DNA of 64,000 nucleotides from Octopus sinensis (taxonomy: Eukaryota), in NCBI RefSeq assembly GCF_006345805.1, contig NC_043013.1:20336001-20400000 (forward strand). The letters are read 5' to 3'. Shown here piece after piece: positions 24,052 to 37,745 of the stretch. Numbering within the stretch: position 1 is the first letter of the stretch; the number at the start of each line of letters is the position of its first letter. The translations under genes and the position numbers were made by a program. The notes under the pieces were generated by a model. It ran no database searches, was not told where the DNA came from, and saw nothing but the letters and a program-made list of their open reading frames with translations.

Positions 24052-24949
24052 TATCTTATAATTCCCAGTTAAATTCTGTTAGAACCAAAGATAACAATAT
24101 ATCAAGCGAAGAAATTTCAAGCCAAATTCCAACCATAACAGTAAGAAAATTATCACAAGCTTAATGGTTAATTCTGGTAAAAAAAAAAAAAAGAGCCAAG
24201 GGGCACAACCCCAAATTTCCTTAATATAGAATACAATAGGTTAGGGGAGATAGTCTGACTATTGGTAGTGTATTGATAACTCTATACATATTTTGGTCTT
24301 ATTAAACCTCCTCAGAGAAGATCAATCTAACCTTTAATGTCAGATATTTAGAAGACAAGGACATCTAGAAGTTTGGTGAAAAAAATAGCACATGTAAGAA
24401 CTTAAAAGAAAGGCCAGAGAAGAGATATCATGTATCTCTGGGTACCAGCCTCTTGTCAGTAAATTGCTACAAGAATGTATATTGTTTAGCGGTGTCACAT
24501 CACCAAACACATGACTTTTGAATTTCCATGTTATACAGTAAAGGTAAAGAATAATGTTTGTTTATTTCCCACTGAGTCTTCCTTTAAATACTTGATGTGG
24601 TGGTCTGATGTTGGAGGTAGAGAGCATTCATCTCCCCAACTAGCAAAATAAGCAAAAGTGCATTTTGCACCAAAAAGCCATTATGGGAATTTTTTTCATG
24701 GCGTTTTCTGCTGTATAGTTTGTTCTGACAGAACATCCATGTTTAAGTGGGGGATAAACATTACCCCTTGGTATTAACACTGTCTCTGTCACTAATATAT
24801 ATTTTTAGCAAGGTAACTGGCTAATCATGATATCAGAGCCTGTTTGTAACTGGTGGGGAGATAAATCATTGTTGCGTCTAGCAGTCAAGTGTTCATCACT
24901 GACAAAACCAAGCAAAGTTGAATTCGTCATTTCCTCTGTGAGGCCCAAC

Positions 24950-25150
24950 GTGCCACCGGCACAGGTATCATAATTACAATATCCATTTGATTTTTATTTT
25001 GATGTTGATGTACTTGACTCAATAGGACTCCTCAAGCACAGCAGGTTGCCCTATGAACCAAGGTTAGCACAGCAGGCCATCCTGCGAGCCATGAACTTAC
25101 TTCATTTGTCGGGTCTTCGAAGCCACAGCATATCTCCAGAGGTCTCGGTT
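24950..25150 (-). mobile_element. Repeat family D, 5'-proximal part
   Basis: cacaggtatca(t/c)aa(t/c)tacaat..ccatttgattttta block shared with ~31780-31820. Confidence 0.6.
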
Positions 25151-25264
25151 TTTCATCATACATATATTCTAAGTGTTTCCCAGGGTTTATTTCTCAGGGT
25201 TAAGACAGTTTGTATGGTACTTGCCTGTGAAGTGTGCTGATGCATGACAGTGAGATGCAGGCCT

Positions 25265-25830
25265 TAAATAATAATAAATAATGATAATGAAATTATTGTA
25301 TACAGTGCTCAGGTGCACCACAACTTGTCAAAAGTGCATATAAAGTATATGCAGTAATGTACAAATGTCTGGAAAGCAAACAGTGTATGAGTCAGATACA
25401 TGCTTGTGTGTGTATGGAGGGGAGAAAATCAGGTGTAGTGTTGGCGAATCTCAGGAAGCATGGAAGTTTTGAAGGATGCAGTGCTCCGACAACTAACAAC
25501 TGATGCCGGTAGTTTGTTCCATGCTTCAGCAACTCTTAGCATGAAAAAATGTTTCCGAAAGTCATGGGAGCTGTGCTGTTTTCTGACTTTGTAAACATGT
25601 CCACGGGTGTTAGACAGGTGGAGTTTGAAAAGGTGCTCAGAGTTATTGTTTGTAAGATCATCATCATCATCATCATCGTTTAACGTCCGCTTTAAACGAT
25701 GATGATGATGATGATGGTTAATAATTTTATGGGTGTCTGCCAAGTCAGCTGCCAGACGTCGGAGTTTTAATGTGTCCATGCCCAGGGAAGTAAGGCGTTC
25801 AGAATTTGGCAAATGGTGAGAAACTGTAAA
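25265..25830 (-). mobile_element. CR1-clade LINE 3' fragment with a small palindromic insertion
   Basis: ORF 25429-25812: ERLTSLGMDTLKLRRLAADL...NTRGHVYKVRKQ...RVAEAWNKLP. Confidence 0.9.
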
Positions 25831-26332
25831 GACTAGAAAGAAATGAGAGGAGCCTGCTTTGCTGACTGTGTTTTGTTTGTGTGCATTAACGATGAAATAT
25901 GAATGAATCCCAGGGAATCAGATGTAGCCTGCAAAAGGGGAAACTGCAATGGTAAGATGGAAGATGACAGATGCTGAGTACTCAAGGTGAATTATGCCTG
26001 TGGAAGAGGGGAAACCAAGATTTGTGAAAAGTTGGTGATAAATGATCTCAAGATGTTACAACTGATGAAGGACAGTGTCAACTGGTGATACTCAATTTCC
26101 CCCATAAGCCTTATAGAGAAAGTGGGATATGTCTGATCCTACCCCCTTTGCCCATTACTTTGTGCATGCACCCAATGTCTATAGCACATCCTCTTTGCTC
26201 ACATTCTCCCATCAGCTCTTCTACACATTGTGCCATGCCCAACTTAATTAAGAGAAAAGTACTCCATTTGTACCGTACCACAGGCCAATCAATGCATTGG
26301 TAGATGGAAACCGTATGGAAGCCTTTCATGTG

Positions 26333-26397
<65 letters not shown>

Positions 26398-26399
26398 CA

Positions 26400-26680
26400 A
26401 TGGGCTAATACCAGTGCCGCCTTGACTGGCTTCTGTGCCAGTGGCACATAAAAAGCACCAATCGATCGTGGCCGTTTGCCAGCCTCCTGTGGCACCTGTG
26501 CCAGTGGCACGTAAAAAGCACCCACTATACTCACAGAGTGGTTGGCGTTAGGAAGGGCATCCAGCTGTAGAAACATTGCCTGATCAAACTGGAGCCTGCA
26601 CAGCCTCCTAACATCCCAGACACCTGTCAAACCATCCAACCCATGCCAGCATGGAAAATGGACATTAAACGATGATGATG
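26400..26680 (+). mobile_element. Repeat family D, 3' part
   Basis: Ends gcatggaaaatggacattaaacgatgatgatg. Confidence 0.85.
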
Positions 26681-27147
26681 ATATATGTATATATATACTC
26701 ATACATACACATACATGTTTATATATGTGTGTATGTGTTTTTGTGTTCCCACTCCATTATCGCTTGACAACCTATGTTGGTTTGCTTACATCCCCATAAC
26801 TAAGTGACCCAGCAAATAAGGCTGAAAAATGAGTACCAGACATAGAAATATACCCTGGGGTTGATTAGTCTGACTAAAACCCCCACCATCGCTGCAGTCC
26901 AATGACTGAAGCCAGTAAAAGATACAATATACATATATATATATATATACATACATACATACATACACACATACACATATATATATAAAGAGGGAGAGTG
27001 AGAGAGAGAAAGAGAGATTAGTTTTACAGACAATGGTACTTTGATGCAAAACTTGATGTGGAATCAATAATATTTTGAAAAGACGCAAGAATGTAACCAA
27101 TGGTAGAACTTCCAAACTTGTCTTCACCGTAACATCTCTGTCTTCAG

Positions 27148-27267
27148 CCAAGTTCTGGCTGTACAAGAGAAAGGTCAAAGAAGGAATGGACAATGGGAAG
27201 AAGAAGACAGAAAGAATCGACAAGGTTTAGAATCAACGAAGAAATGGCAAGAGATGAAGAAGATTTG
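27148..27267 (+). CDS. Candidate internal exon (120 bp), product unknown
   Basis: ctctgtcttcAG acceptor, GTAAGA donor, two open frames (PSSGCTRERSKKEW...MARDEEDL or QVLAVQEKG...KKWQEMKKI). Confidence 0.45.
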
Positions 27268-27842
27268 GTAAGATATTTTCCCGAAATTTCGATAAGAAAA
27301 ACATTAAAAAAATTAGCTGGAAAATAAAAAGCAGAAAGGTCAAACTTAAGTTAATAACTAGCAAATGGTTACATGAACACAAATGCACACATACATACAT
27401 ACATACACATATATATACATCTATATATATATATACATGCACACACACAAACAACACATACAGAGAGATCTGAATACAATACATATACAGGGGAATGCAA
27501 ATATACGTAAATAGATATATACATTCAGCAACATGAACATACATACATACAGAAACACAGGTATACATACTTAGATGTATAAAGAGTGAGAGACACACAC
27601 AATGGATGTGTGCATGTGTGTGTGCATGTGTGCGTGTATGTATGTATGTGTATATATATATATTATATATATATATATTATACACATATATATGTATGTA
27701 TATATTTGTATATATACACATATATATGTATGTATATATTTGTATATATACATATATATATATATGTATATATACATATATATATATATAAAAAATAATA
27801 ATAATGAAATTATTGTATACTGTGCCCAGGTGCACCACAACG

Positions 27843-27876
<34 letters not shown>

Positions 27877-27996
27877 TATGTATATTGAGAGTCACGTACA
27901 TGGCAATATAGATGTCCCGCATAAAGAAATATGCACTAATGCCAATAGAGAACATGCATAAACACACACATATATATATTCATATATATATATATA

Positions 27997-28038
<42 letters not shown>

Positions 28039-28297
28039 GTGTGTGCGTGTGTGCGCGCGTGTGTGTGTGGGAGTGTATACACATACATACACACTCCAGT
28101 ATTCATATTTATAGATATTTTATGCACTACATACCTATGTATGTTTGCATCAACACAAATGCATGATCCAACAAAATCAAATATGAACACAAACACAGCA
28201 CACATTAATACAAACACACACATAAATATATATATATATACATATATACATATGTCGGTACACATACATACACCAGTATGTATGTGTATGTATGTAT

Positions 28298-28338
<41 letters not shown>

Positions 28339-28382
28339 CACACATTAATAGATATATATGTGTATATATACATATATATATG

Positions 28383-28430
<48 letters not shown>

Positions 28431-28450
28431 TATATATATATATATACACA

Positions 28451-28485
<35 letters not shown>

Positions 28486-28863
28486 ATATGTATGTATGTA
28501 TATGTGTGTATGCAAACACATATATATAGACATACATAAACATAGATTCATATATGAATTTATACACACATATATACACACCCACATAAAGCACAAAAAT
28601 ATCCCTGCACTGTTTATATACCAGCAAAAGGTCAATGCGAACTGAGATCGAAGGATTCAGAAGAGAATCGAATCTCTATTGGCAGACGACAAATAGATTG
28701 GCAGCCATGTTTAAGGAATCACACACGACCATTTAATTCTGCCAGAGATGATGGCTTTCATACAAGACTTTCGCAGGAAGTCATCCTGTAAAATGTCAGC
28801 CAGTTACGACCTTTTAGATGGCACTATATTTCATTTTCACATCAATAGCTACACATCAAGGGT

Positions 28864-28900
<37 letters not shown>

Positions 28901-29168
28901 TATATATGTATGTATATATATATATATGTTTGCATGTATATGCATGTATATATAGGTATGTGTGCACACACTGATACATTGTCAAATGCTGTGTGCAACA
29001 ATACATGCAACAGGTCCTCTCACATACACATATATATATGCTTATATATATATATATGCACACACATTTATATATATATATATATATATACATATATGTA
29101 TACCGAAACATATGTATGTATGTTTGTGTGTATATATATCTACTAATATATATATATGTAGACCTATT

Positions 29169-29217
<49 letters not shown>

Positions 29218-29286
29218 ATATATATATATATTCTTACATAGATGTCTAGGTATACAACTATATATACTTGCATATATGTGTATGTG

Positions 29287-29317
<31 letters not shown>

Positions 29318-30954
29318 GCGCATGCATACACAGGCATTTGTATATATACAATTATACACATTCAAGAATGTAGATGTTGCTAAATACAAAACTTATTCTT
29401 TGACTAAGCTTCTGTTTGATGTCTGTGGCCATACTAGAGCACTAAATACAAGTCAGAGACAATGATATCAAGCAAATACTAACGCCTCCGCGCAGCTGCA
29501 GCAGTCTGTCAGAAACTACCTTGAAGCTAGCCACAATGGACTCTTCCAACTTTTATCTTCCTGGTCGAATCCGGAAGGTAGCAGGACAGTGCATATGAAT
29601 TCACTCATGTTCTGCCCACCTTGGTTAAGGGGTTCTATTCAGCCCCTCTTCTAGACTGGTGTTGTGACAAGTATTAGGGTTCCAACACTCCTAAAGTCGT
29701 GTTGTGGTAATTTACTCCCACCCATGCACTGTGTGTGTGTGGGAGAGAGAGAGAGAGTATGTGTGTGTGTGTGTGTGTGTGTGTCAGTGCACATGAACAT
29801 GCATGTGTGTAAATGGGTAAGTGTATGGACATCTGTTTGTGAGTGTTTGGAAGTGCTTGTGTATAAGCATGTGTGCGTGCATGAATATATGTGTGTGCAT
29901 GTACACTTCAGTTGATCTCTGATCCAGGCAGACCGATGGTCAAAGACGTTGCAGTTGTGATCTTCCCACTTTATCATAAAGTGTGTACTAGAACCTGAAC
30001 TGCTGGATCCATTATCCTAGTTCTGAGTTTTCAAGATGTAATGTGAAGGAGATTTGACTGCTATTTCTAGATTCTCCATCGACCACATAAAGGCTCTAGT
30101 CTTCAGTGTTTGATATTGGTTTTTAGCTCCAGGACAGTTTTGATCCAGCAGACATTTTGATCAAGATCAGCTCTTTTCAGAAGTATGTAGAATTACAGTA
30201 TGTAATGTTCTTTTATTGAGGCTATAAGAGGGAATTTAGTTGCCATTTTTAGCAGATCCATTGCTCACACAGCAGCCCCATCATTGTTTTTGCTCTCATT
30301 TATTGCAGCTGAGGCAACTGACACCTCAGACTTGCCAAGATAAATACAATTTACCTGCAGGAAGAGGAATGGCTGTTAATTGCAATTAAAGAATGGCTGT
30401 AAGAAACAAGTTAAATTTTGGCAAAAGGCCAGTGAATTTAGGGTAGGCCCTTATTTTATAGATCCTGAAAAGGGGAAAAGCAAAGTTGACCTCAGTAGAA
30501 TTTGAGCTCAGAACGAAAAGTGCTGGAAGAAATGCAGCTAAGCCTTGTATCTGAGCTAAGGATTCTGCTAGTTCTCTGTTCTCAGTGCCACATTGAAACT
30601 GATAATATCTATTACAATGACCCTTCTTGTAGAAGGGTGTATACTTGATTTAATTTATCCCCCAGTATTTGACTGGTACAACAGCTTTTGTTTATTGACA
30701 TTCCATGATTGAAAGAAAGTCAACCTCAGAAAGAATTGAACTCAAAGGAACATAACTAAAATCCAACTATTTTATTCTCCATTCTACCAATTCATTATGA
30801 CAGTCAACTGGCATCTGTGCTGATAGTAAGAAGTTTGCTTCCCAACCACATGGTTCTGGGTTCAGTCCTACTATGTAGTACCATGGGAAAGTGTATTCTA
30901 CTATAGTCTTGGACGATGGAAATGGAAAAAGCTTGTTGTATGTATATATATATT

Positions 30955-31810
30955 TCATCATCATCATCATTGTTTAATGTCCGTTTTCCATGCTAGCATG
31001 GGTTAGATGGTTTGACCCGGGTCTGGGAAGCCAGGAGGCTGCACCAGGCTCCAGTCTCATCTGGCAGTGTTTCTACAGCTGAATGCCCTTCCTAACGCCA
31101 ACCACTCCGTGAGTGTAGTGGGTGTTTTTTATATGCCACCGGCACAGGTGCCAGGGGAGGCTGGCAATGGCCACGATCGGTTGGTGCTTTTTACGTGCCA
31201 CCAGCACAGATGCCAGTCAAGGCAGCACTAGCATCGGCCACATATGGATGGTGCTTTTAACGTGCTACCAGCACAGGTATCACAACTACAATTTCCATAT
31301 GATGCCACCGGCACAAGTGCCAGGGGAGGTTGGCAATGGCCACGATCGGTTGGTGCTTTTTACGTGCCACCAGCACAGATGCCAGTCAAGGCAGCACTAG
31401 CATCGGCCACATATGGATGGTGCTTTTAACGTGCTACCAGCACAGGTATCACAACTACAATTCCCATATGATGCCACTGGCACAAGTGCCAGGGGAGGTT
31501 GGCAATGGCCACGATCGGTTGGTGCTTTTTATGTGCCACCAGCACAGATGCCAGTCAAGGCAGCACTAGCATCGGCCACATATGGATGGTGCTTTTAACA
31601 TGCTACCAGCACAGGTATCACAACTACAATTTCCATATGATGCCACCGGCACAGGTGCCAGGGGAGGTTGGCAATGGCCACGATCGGTTGGTGCTTTTTA
31701 TGTGCCACCAGCACAGATGCCAGTCAAGGCAGCACTAGCATCGGCCACATATGGATGGTGCTTTTAACGTGCTACCAGCACAGGTATCACAACTACAATT
31801 TCCATTTGAT
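30955..31810 (-). mobile_element. Repeat family D with a 169-bp internal unit repeated four times
   Basis: Units start ~31142, 31311, 31480 and 31649 and differ by a few substitutions. Confidence 0.9.
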
Positions 31811-32589
31811 TTTTTATTATGTTGATGTACCGCACCCATTGTTCAGACAACTTATTTTGCTTTGGTGGTATTTTTTTCACCAAATAATTGAACAATGTAC
31901 AAGGTTTATGAGTAGCATGGCAATCTATTATTTTCCGATTAACTTAGGAGTGGAAAATGAAATTGAAGGCTGGTTATTGTGGAGGTCATTGCACTATAAT
32001 GATCATAGAACATATAAGTTTGCAAGAAATGCAAAGTAGAGCTACTGAAGTATTTGGGGAGTAGATTATGGATAATGACCACAAAATATAGTTGTTTTAC
32101 ATGAATGCGAAATTTCTTGTCAGAAACAGCCACATAAATGGTGTAAAGAAATTGAAGGAAGACACAGAAACTTCCCCCCTGCAAGTTTATTTTATTCAAC
32201 AGCAAAGGAAGCTATTTTTTCAAAGAGAGAAAAGCTAACAAAAGCCCCTTTATTCTTTCTTCCCACATAGCCTGCATATAAACTAACAGTGAATGCTGCA
32301 TGAAGTTAAATTGGTATGGAGCTTTCTGAAAGATATGTATAGCTTTTGCTTGTGGAAGCAAAATTCTTATTTAAAGGTTGATTCTTTGGGATGAATCATA
32401 TGTGATTGTTTAAAAGGGACTAGAACGACAATGATAAAAAGTATTTGAAACAATGGACAACAGTTGAAATATCATAATGGATGGGTAAATAAGCATCCTT
32501 AAAGTGAAACTATGGTATCAAAAGTAAACAAACACAGACACACAAACATATGCACACACACATACATATATATATATATATACGTATAT

Positions 32590-32750
32590 ACGATGGGCTT
32601 CTTTCAGTTTCCATCAACCAAATCCACTCACAAGGCTTTGGCCAGCCTGAGGCTATAGTAGAAGACACTTGCCCAAAGTGCCACGGAGTGGGACTGAACC
32701 CAGAACCAAGTGGTTTGTAAGCAAGCTACTTACCACACAGCCACTCTTGT
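32590..32750 (-). mobile_element. SINE family B, head half
   Basis: ggctgtgtggaagtagcttgc head; ggcactttgggcaagtgtcttc CORE-like block. Confidence 0.85.
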
Positions 32751-33585
32751 GCCTATTATTGCGTATAAATTTTAACAACAAAATCTTATATGAAGTCCTC
32801 AAGGGCCATAAAGCCCCTAGTTGAGAACCACTGATATATCTGTAACAAAACAGATACTTTTGATATGTTGCCACCTCCCCATTGTGCCAGTCTCATATTG
32901 TTGTTAATTGAAATATATAAAGTTGTACCAAAATATGAAAACATAAACTACAGTCTGTTGTTCCATTAGAATTAAAGTGACACTGTTGGAATGGCCACAG
33001 GTTTAACTTTCTTTTTATCCTGCCATGTGTGGGGACCATTCATTAATCTTACACTGTGCAGAACTGTTTATTCATCCAGCTATGGGCAGAGACTATTAAT
33101 AATTTATCCCACTGTATGTGGAGGCCATTCCTGTATTCTGCAGTGTATAGGCACTGTTCATTTACCCCTCTTCTTTCTATAATTACGTCTCTATGTACAG
33201 CGTGACACAATCATTCATTGCTTTCTGAACTTTATAATTGTTAGAATGGGACACATTATTCAAACATTTCTTTTGTGCATGACATACTAAAATCTCATAG
33301 CATATTGGCTTGGAATTTCGAGTTTTCAAAAGACAAAAAGAATTTCAATTTTTTGGCATTTTAATTCCCACAACACCTTTGCTGTCTAGCAAAATATAAT
33401 TCTGTAATGCTTAATAAAACATTCTTCATTTCCAATCCCAAACCACAAATTTTTTTATCAAAATGTTCCAAATTTGGCAGACTGAATTTGCAGGATTCAC
33501 TTTCAAAATAATTGATGGCTTTAATTATAGCATGCTTGGAATTATTCTGGTAACTGGGAAAGACATTTCTCGTTCATTCTTGCAG

Positions 33586-33840
33586 ATCTAAGAGACAGAC
33601 ATGGAGAAAAGATATATGGAAATCCAATACTTGTTAAAAGTAAAGAACTTTGTCAGGTTATAATTATTTGAGAATATATCTAGCATTGCCTGGGAGGTTT
33701 TGTATGGGTTTGAACTAAAGAAAGAAAAACAACTCCCATGACTCTCCAAAAACTAATAGAAGGAACAATTAAAGAACAATATGCTTGTATTATTCTCAGG
33801 CCTGGCACACATGATTACAGCAGAATTGGGCCTGCTAAAG
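33586..33840 (+). CDS. Candidate pair of small exons (33586-33639 or -33656; 33800-33840), product unknown
   Basis: Acceptors tttctcgttcattcttgcAG and gtattattctcAG; donors GTAAAG/GTTATA and AAG|GTACGG; joined frame xLRDRHGEKIYGNPILVK-SLAHMITAELGLLK. Confidence 0.5.
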
Positions 33841-34156
33841 GTACGGGCTTCTGAAGTTTCTATTAACCCAGTTTCATTTACAGGATATGAGTCAACTCAG
33901 AGCAATTGGATCTTAATTTGTATATTTGTACGTTAAACTTATCATTAACCAAGCAATTTATATTGCACAGGTGTGGCTGTGTTGAGAAGTCTAATTCCCA
34001 CCAACATGGTTCTGGGTTCAATCTCACTGCATGACATCTGATCAAAGCTTTATGAGTAGAATTGGTAGAGGGAAACTGAAAGAAGCCTGTTGTGCATGTA
34101 CATATATACACCTACACATATATATACATACAATTACATACATATATACATATGTA

Positions 34157-34187
<31 letters not shown>

Positions 34188-34194
34188 TCTTTCC

Positions 34195-34400
34195 TTTTCT
34201 TCTTTTACTTGTTTCATTCATATTCATTTGACTGTGGCCATGCTGGAGCACTGCCTTTAGTCGAACACATCAACCCTGGGACTTATTTTTGTAAGCCTAG
34301 TACTTATTCTATCAGTCTCTTTAGCTGAACCGTTAAGTTACAGAAACCTAAACACCCCAACATCGGTTGTCAAGCAATGGTGAGGACAGCTACATACACA
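34195..34400 (-). mobile_element. SINE family B, 3' part
   Basis: Similarity to 53115-53300. Confidence 0.85.
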
Positions 34401-34439
34401 CATACATACATACATACAAACACACACACACATATATAT

Positions 34440-35500
34440 ATATAGAATTAAGAGACAGAACCTCCATAAAGTAATTCAAATAATAATGAAAGATATTATC
34501 TATAATAAAATATAAATTTAGATATTATTAACATTGTGCTAAAAACTTCTATACTAAATAATACACATTAAAACAACATTATTATTAATATTGTACTAAA
34601 AATTTCTATACTAAATAATGCACATTAAAACGACGACGCGTATTTCATGACTACGTATACAAATCTACAATATCAAAATCGATAATCTGAAAAACTAATA
34701 TTTCTTCGATCCAACGATAAATAACCACTCTTCAGGTCACAATAACATAAAATAAATTTACACCATAAATGAAGACGTTATAATAACACTATACATTTAT
34801 AAACAATTGATAAGATTTAAGTAGGAGCATGAATTATTTTATATTGAGCACCAGTTAAATCCGAAAATTCAAGATGGCTACTGAACTTATGTCCTCTATT
34901 TATATGATTTCCAATGTAGGAGAGATAATTCTTAAGTATTGAATACCAGAACTAAGAAAAAACTATCCTCTATTTAAGATTTCCGGTGTAGGGGAGATAA
35001 TTATAAAATACTTCAAATATTAAAAATAGGAAAAATAGAAAAATGAAGGAAAAAATTAATTTCAGTGGTTAATTTATTTAGATTAAAATGTAATCCGATA
35101 GAATTTACTGGTTTTTATGAAAAGTAAAAACGTTATTTATCTTATTTATTTCAGTTAAATGGAATTTTAGACGTTAAACTAAAAATTAAACTTACAATTT
35201 AAAATTTCTAATTTACAAATTTGGAATTAAAATTATGCTAGACTAAAATTATACTAAAACCATATTGGAAATTAACTACAAATTGATTGTTACAAGAATT
35301 CTGTTACTTTAAATCTATACGTAAATAGTAATTTTAGGACTTATAAGTTGAAATATGTATTATAATGTTGCAAAGTGAAATTTTAACCGTTAAACTAAAA
35401 TTTGGCGTTGCAAAATAATTCTCTTAATTATAAATATGACGTAAATTATTAATGCAGGGGAACTAAACAGAAATACATATTTTAACTATATTTATATAAA
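34440..35500 (-). mobile_element. AT-rich Penelope-like element remnant
   Basis: Hammerhead-like CTGAAGA...GAAATACGCGTC at 34630-34741; internal duplications at ~34520-34630 and ~34880-35010. Confidence 0.55.
34630..34741 (-). ncRNA. Candidate type I minimal hammerhead ribozyme with long stem II loop
   Basis: Stem I gac/gtc plus wobble pairs, CTGAAGA, stem II gtggtta/tagtcat, GAAA, stem III loop with palindrome ACGCGT, GUC site. Confidence 0.5.
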
Positions 35501-35514
35501 TAAATATATATATA

Positions 35515-35680
35515 CACGTCAGGTTTCTTTCAGTTTCTGTCTACCAAATCCATTCAGAAGACGTTGGTCGGCCTGAGGCTATAGTAGAAGACACTTTCTC
35601 ATGGTGTCACAGAGTAGCATAGAACCTGGAACCATGTGGTTGGGAAGCGAGCTTCTTACCACATAACCACTCCTGCACCT
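35515..35680 (-). mobile_element. SINE family B, head half
   Basis: Similarity to 53455-53619. Confidence 0.85.
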
Positions 35681-36306
35681 AAAGAAGAAATGCTTATAGC
35701 ACCTAGGTCTCTCAGGGAAGATATTTTTGTTTTGTTGTTGAGGTGCAGTAGACCTCCAGTGTTCAATACAAATATTGGTGTGACATAATTTTGATTCACA
35801 AATACACTGAACGTGAAGCCTCTACCAAGTTATTCGACCTTCTAGAAATAGCAACCAACTATTCCTCAAATGGCACCATATTCTGGAAAACAGCAAACAC
35901 TATAGTCCTAATATGCTCCGAATGTATAGAAAAAAGATCAGACTGATCACAACTAGAACATCTTTGATATAAAGAACTACTACAGCAACAAGATAGTGAT
36001 AGTAATTAATTAAAAGCCATCTAATAAGATATACAGAAGCAGTATTTATAACAAAGTTATAAAATATATGAAGGTAGGTGACAAGATGACAATAGAATAT
36101 TGTTATTCAATGCAGCTCTAGAAACTGTCAAATATTTTCTCTGGAGGTTCATATTGAGTAATTTTAGAAAAAATAATTAAATATCATGAGACATAGAATT
36201 GGTTAGATTTATGGAATAAAGAAAAAAAAACAATTCCCTCGCTTTTTGGTGCTATAATTATAATACTGTGTTTAAAATAACTGAAGGATAGTTATATTAA
36301 AGTATA

Positions 36307-36536
36307 GGCGGCGAGCTGGCAGAATCGTTAGCACGCCGGGCGAAATGCTTATCGGTATTTCGTCTGCCGCTACGTTCTGAGTTCAAATTCCGCCGAGGTC
36401 GACTTTGCCTTTCATCCTTTCGGGATCGATTAAATAAGTGCCAGTTACGTACTGGGGTCGATATAATTGACTTAATCTGTTTGTCTGTCATTGTTTGTCA
36501 TCTCTGTGTTTAGTCCATTGTGGGTAGTAAAGAAAG
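36307..36536 (+). mobile_element. SINE family A, near-intact reference copy
   Basis: GGCGGCGAGCTGGCAGAA box A region, GAGTTCAAATTCC box B; 15-bp TSD tatattaaagtatag at 36293-36307 and 36538-36552. Confidence 0.95.
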
Positions 36537-36559
36537 ATATATTAAAGTATAGTAAAACC

Positions 36560-36720
36560 GGTTTCAAATTTTGGCACAAGGTGAGCAATTTCAGGAAAGG
36601 AGGCAGGTTGATTACATCGACCCCAGTATTCAACTGGTACTTATTTTATTGACTCCGAAAGATGAAAGGCAAAGTGGACCTTGGTGGAATTTGAACTCAA
36701 AATGTACAGACGGCTGAAAC
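36560..36720 (-). mobile_element. SINE family A, A2 tail
   Basis: Similarity to other A2 copies, e.g. 38125-38320 (-) and 39665-39785 (+). Confidence 0.8.
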
Positions 36721-37444
36721 ATAACATTGCAAACTTAGTCTACATACATACACAACTGTGCCCCACCCCCACGACCTGACTTTGTTTCATCATCACTTTA
36801 AGAAAAAATAGTATTTTTTTAATGGAATTATCGATAGTTAGCTTTTAGATGGGGTAGACAACGATTATATCAGAACTTAATTTGAAAACATGGTGGGTGT
36901 GTATACATGCATACTCATACGCATCAAACCTACACTCACACACATACATACACACACACGCACATACGTACATATATCTATAAAATAAGGCTTGAAATGT
37001 AAAGAAAAATTTTGATGTATGTCATTATGTATGCGTGCGGTCCTACCATTTTTTTCATATTAAATTCCAATATAATCGGAATCTATACCATTTGAAATTT
37101 CCTTGTAGAAAATTTCATTAAAAACTACCATTTTTTAAAAAGTTAGGATGAAAAAAAACTGACACATGTAAATTATCGAAAACCCTTGGCCAACTGCCCC
37201 GAAAAAATTTTCAGTACAAATTCTGATGTAATCGTAATATACCCCATTAAAAAGATATTTGTAGAAAATTCCATTAAAAAAAAAATAACCATTTCTCTGA
37301 AAGTCACGAGGAAGCAAATTGGGGCGAGGTGCATACTTGTGTACAGATGCTAAGTTGGCTATCTTATATAACCTAAGTCCCATAGTTAATGTTTTTTCTT
37401 CTTAATTTTGAAGGAAAAAGTGAATATATTTAATATTTATCTTT

Positions 37445-37745
37445 TCTTTTACTTGTTTCAGTCGTTAGACTTTAATCATGCTGGGGCACCATTCTGAAGA
37501 AAATTTTTTAGTCGAATGAATCAACCGCAGTACATTTTCTATAAACCTGGTACTTATTTTATCGATCTCTTTTACTGAACTGCTAAGTTACGGAGATGCA
37601 AACACTGACACCGGATGTCAAGTGGTGGTGGACTCACAAGGCTTTGGTCTGATCGAGGCTATAGTAGAAGACACTTCCCCAAGGTGCCACACAGTGGGAC
37701 TGAATCCGGAACTGAGTGGTTGGGAAGCAAGCTTCTTACCACACC
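37445..37745 (-). mobile_element. SINE family B, internally deleted copy
   Basis: Head and tail present, microsatellite spacer missing. Confidence 0.85.

Noticed and set aside
24790-24825. tttttAG-caag-GTAACT as a micro-exon or recursive splice site
   Set aside because: Such short motifs arise by chance in 64 kb of AT-rich DNA; no supporting evidence.
27030-27223. Minus-strand reading of the 27-kb island (ORF 26786-27223)
   Set aside because: No good donor on that strand, and the frame runs into microsatellite; the + strand has both splice sites. Not fully excluded.
31142-31810. Regularly spaced repeats as a CRISPR-like array
   Set aside because: Whole 169-bp units repeat with no unique spacers, no cas genes are present, and the context is eukaryotic.
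36307-36400. SINE A, B and C heads as tRNA genes
   Set aside because: They have A/B boxes but no complete cloverleaf, and continue into SINE bodies with TSDs.
36978-37385. Possible decayed Helitron starting A|TCTATAAAA
   Set aside because: No clear 3' hairpin or CTAG end, so class and boundaries are unsupported.
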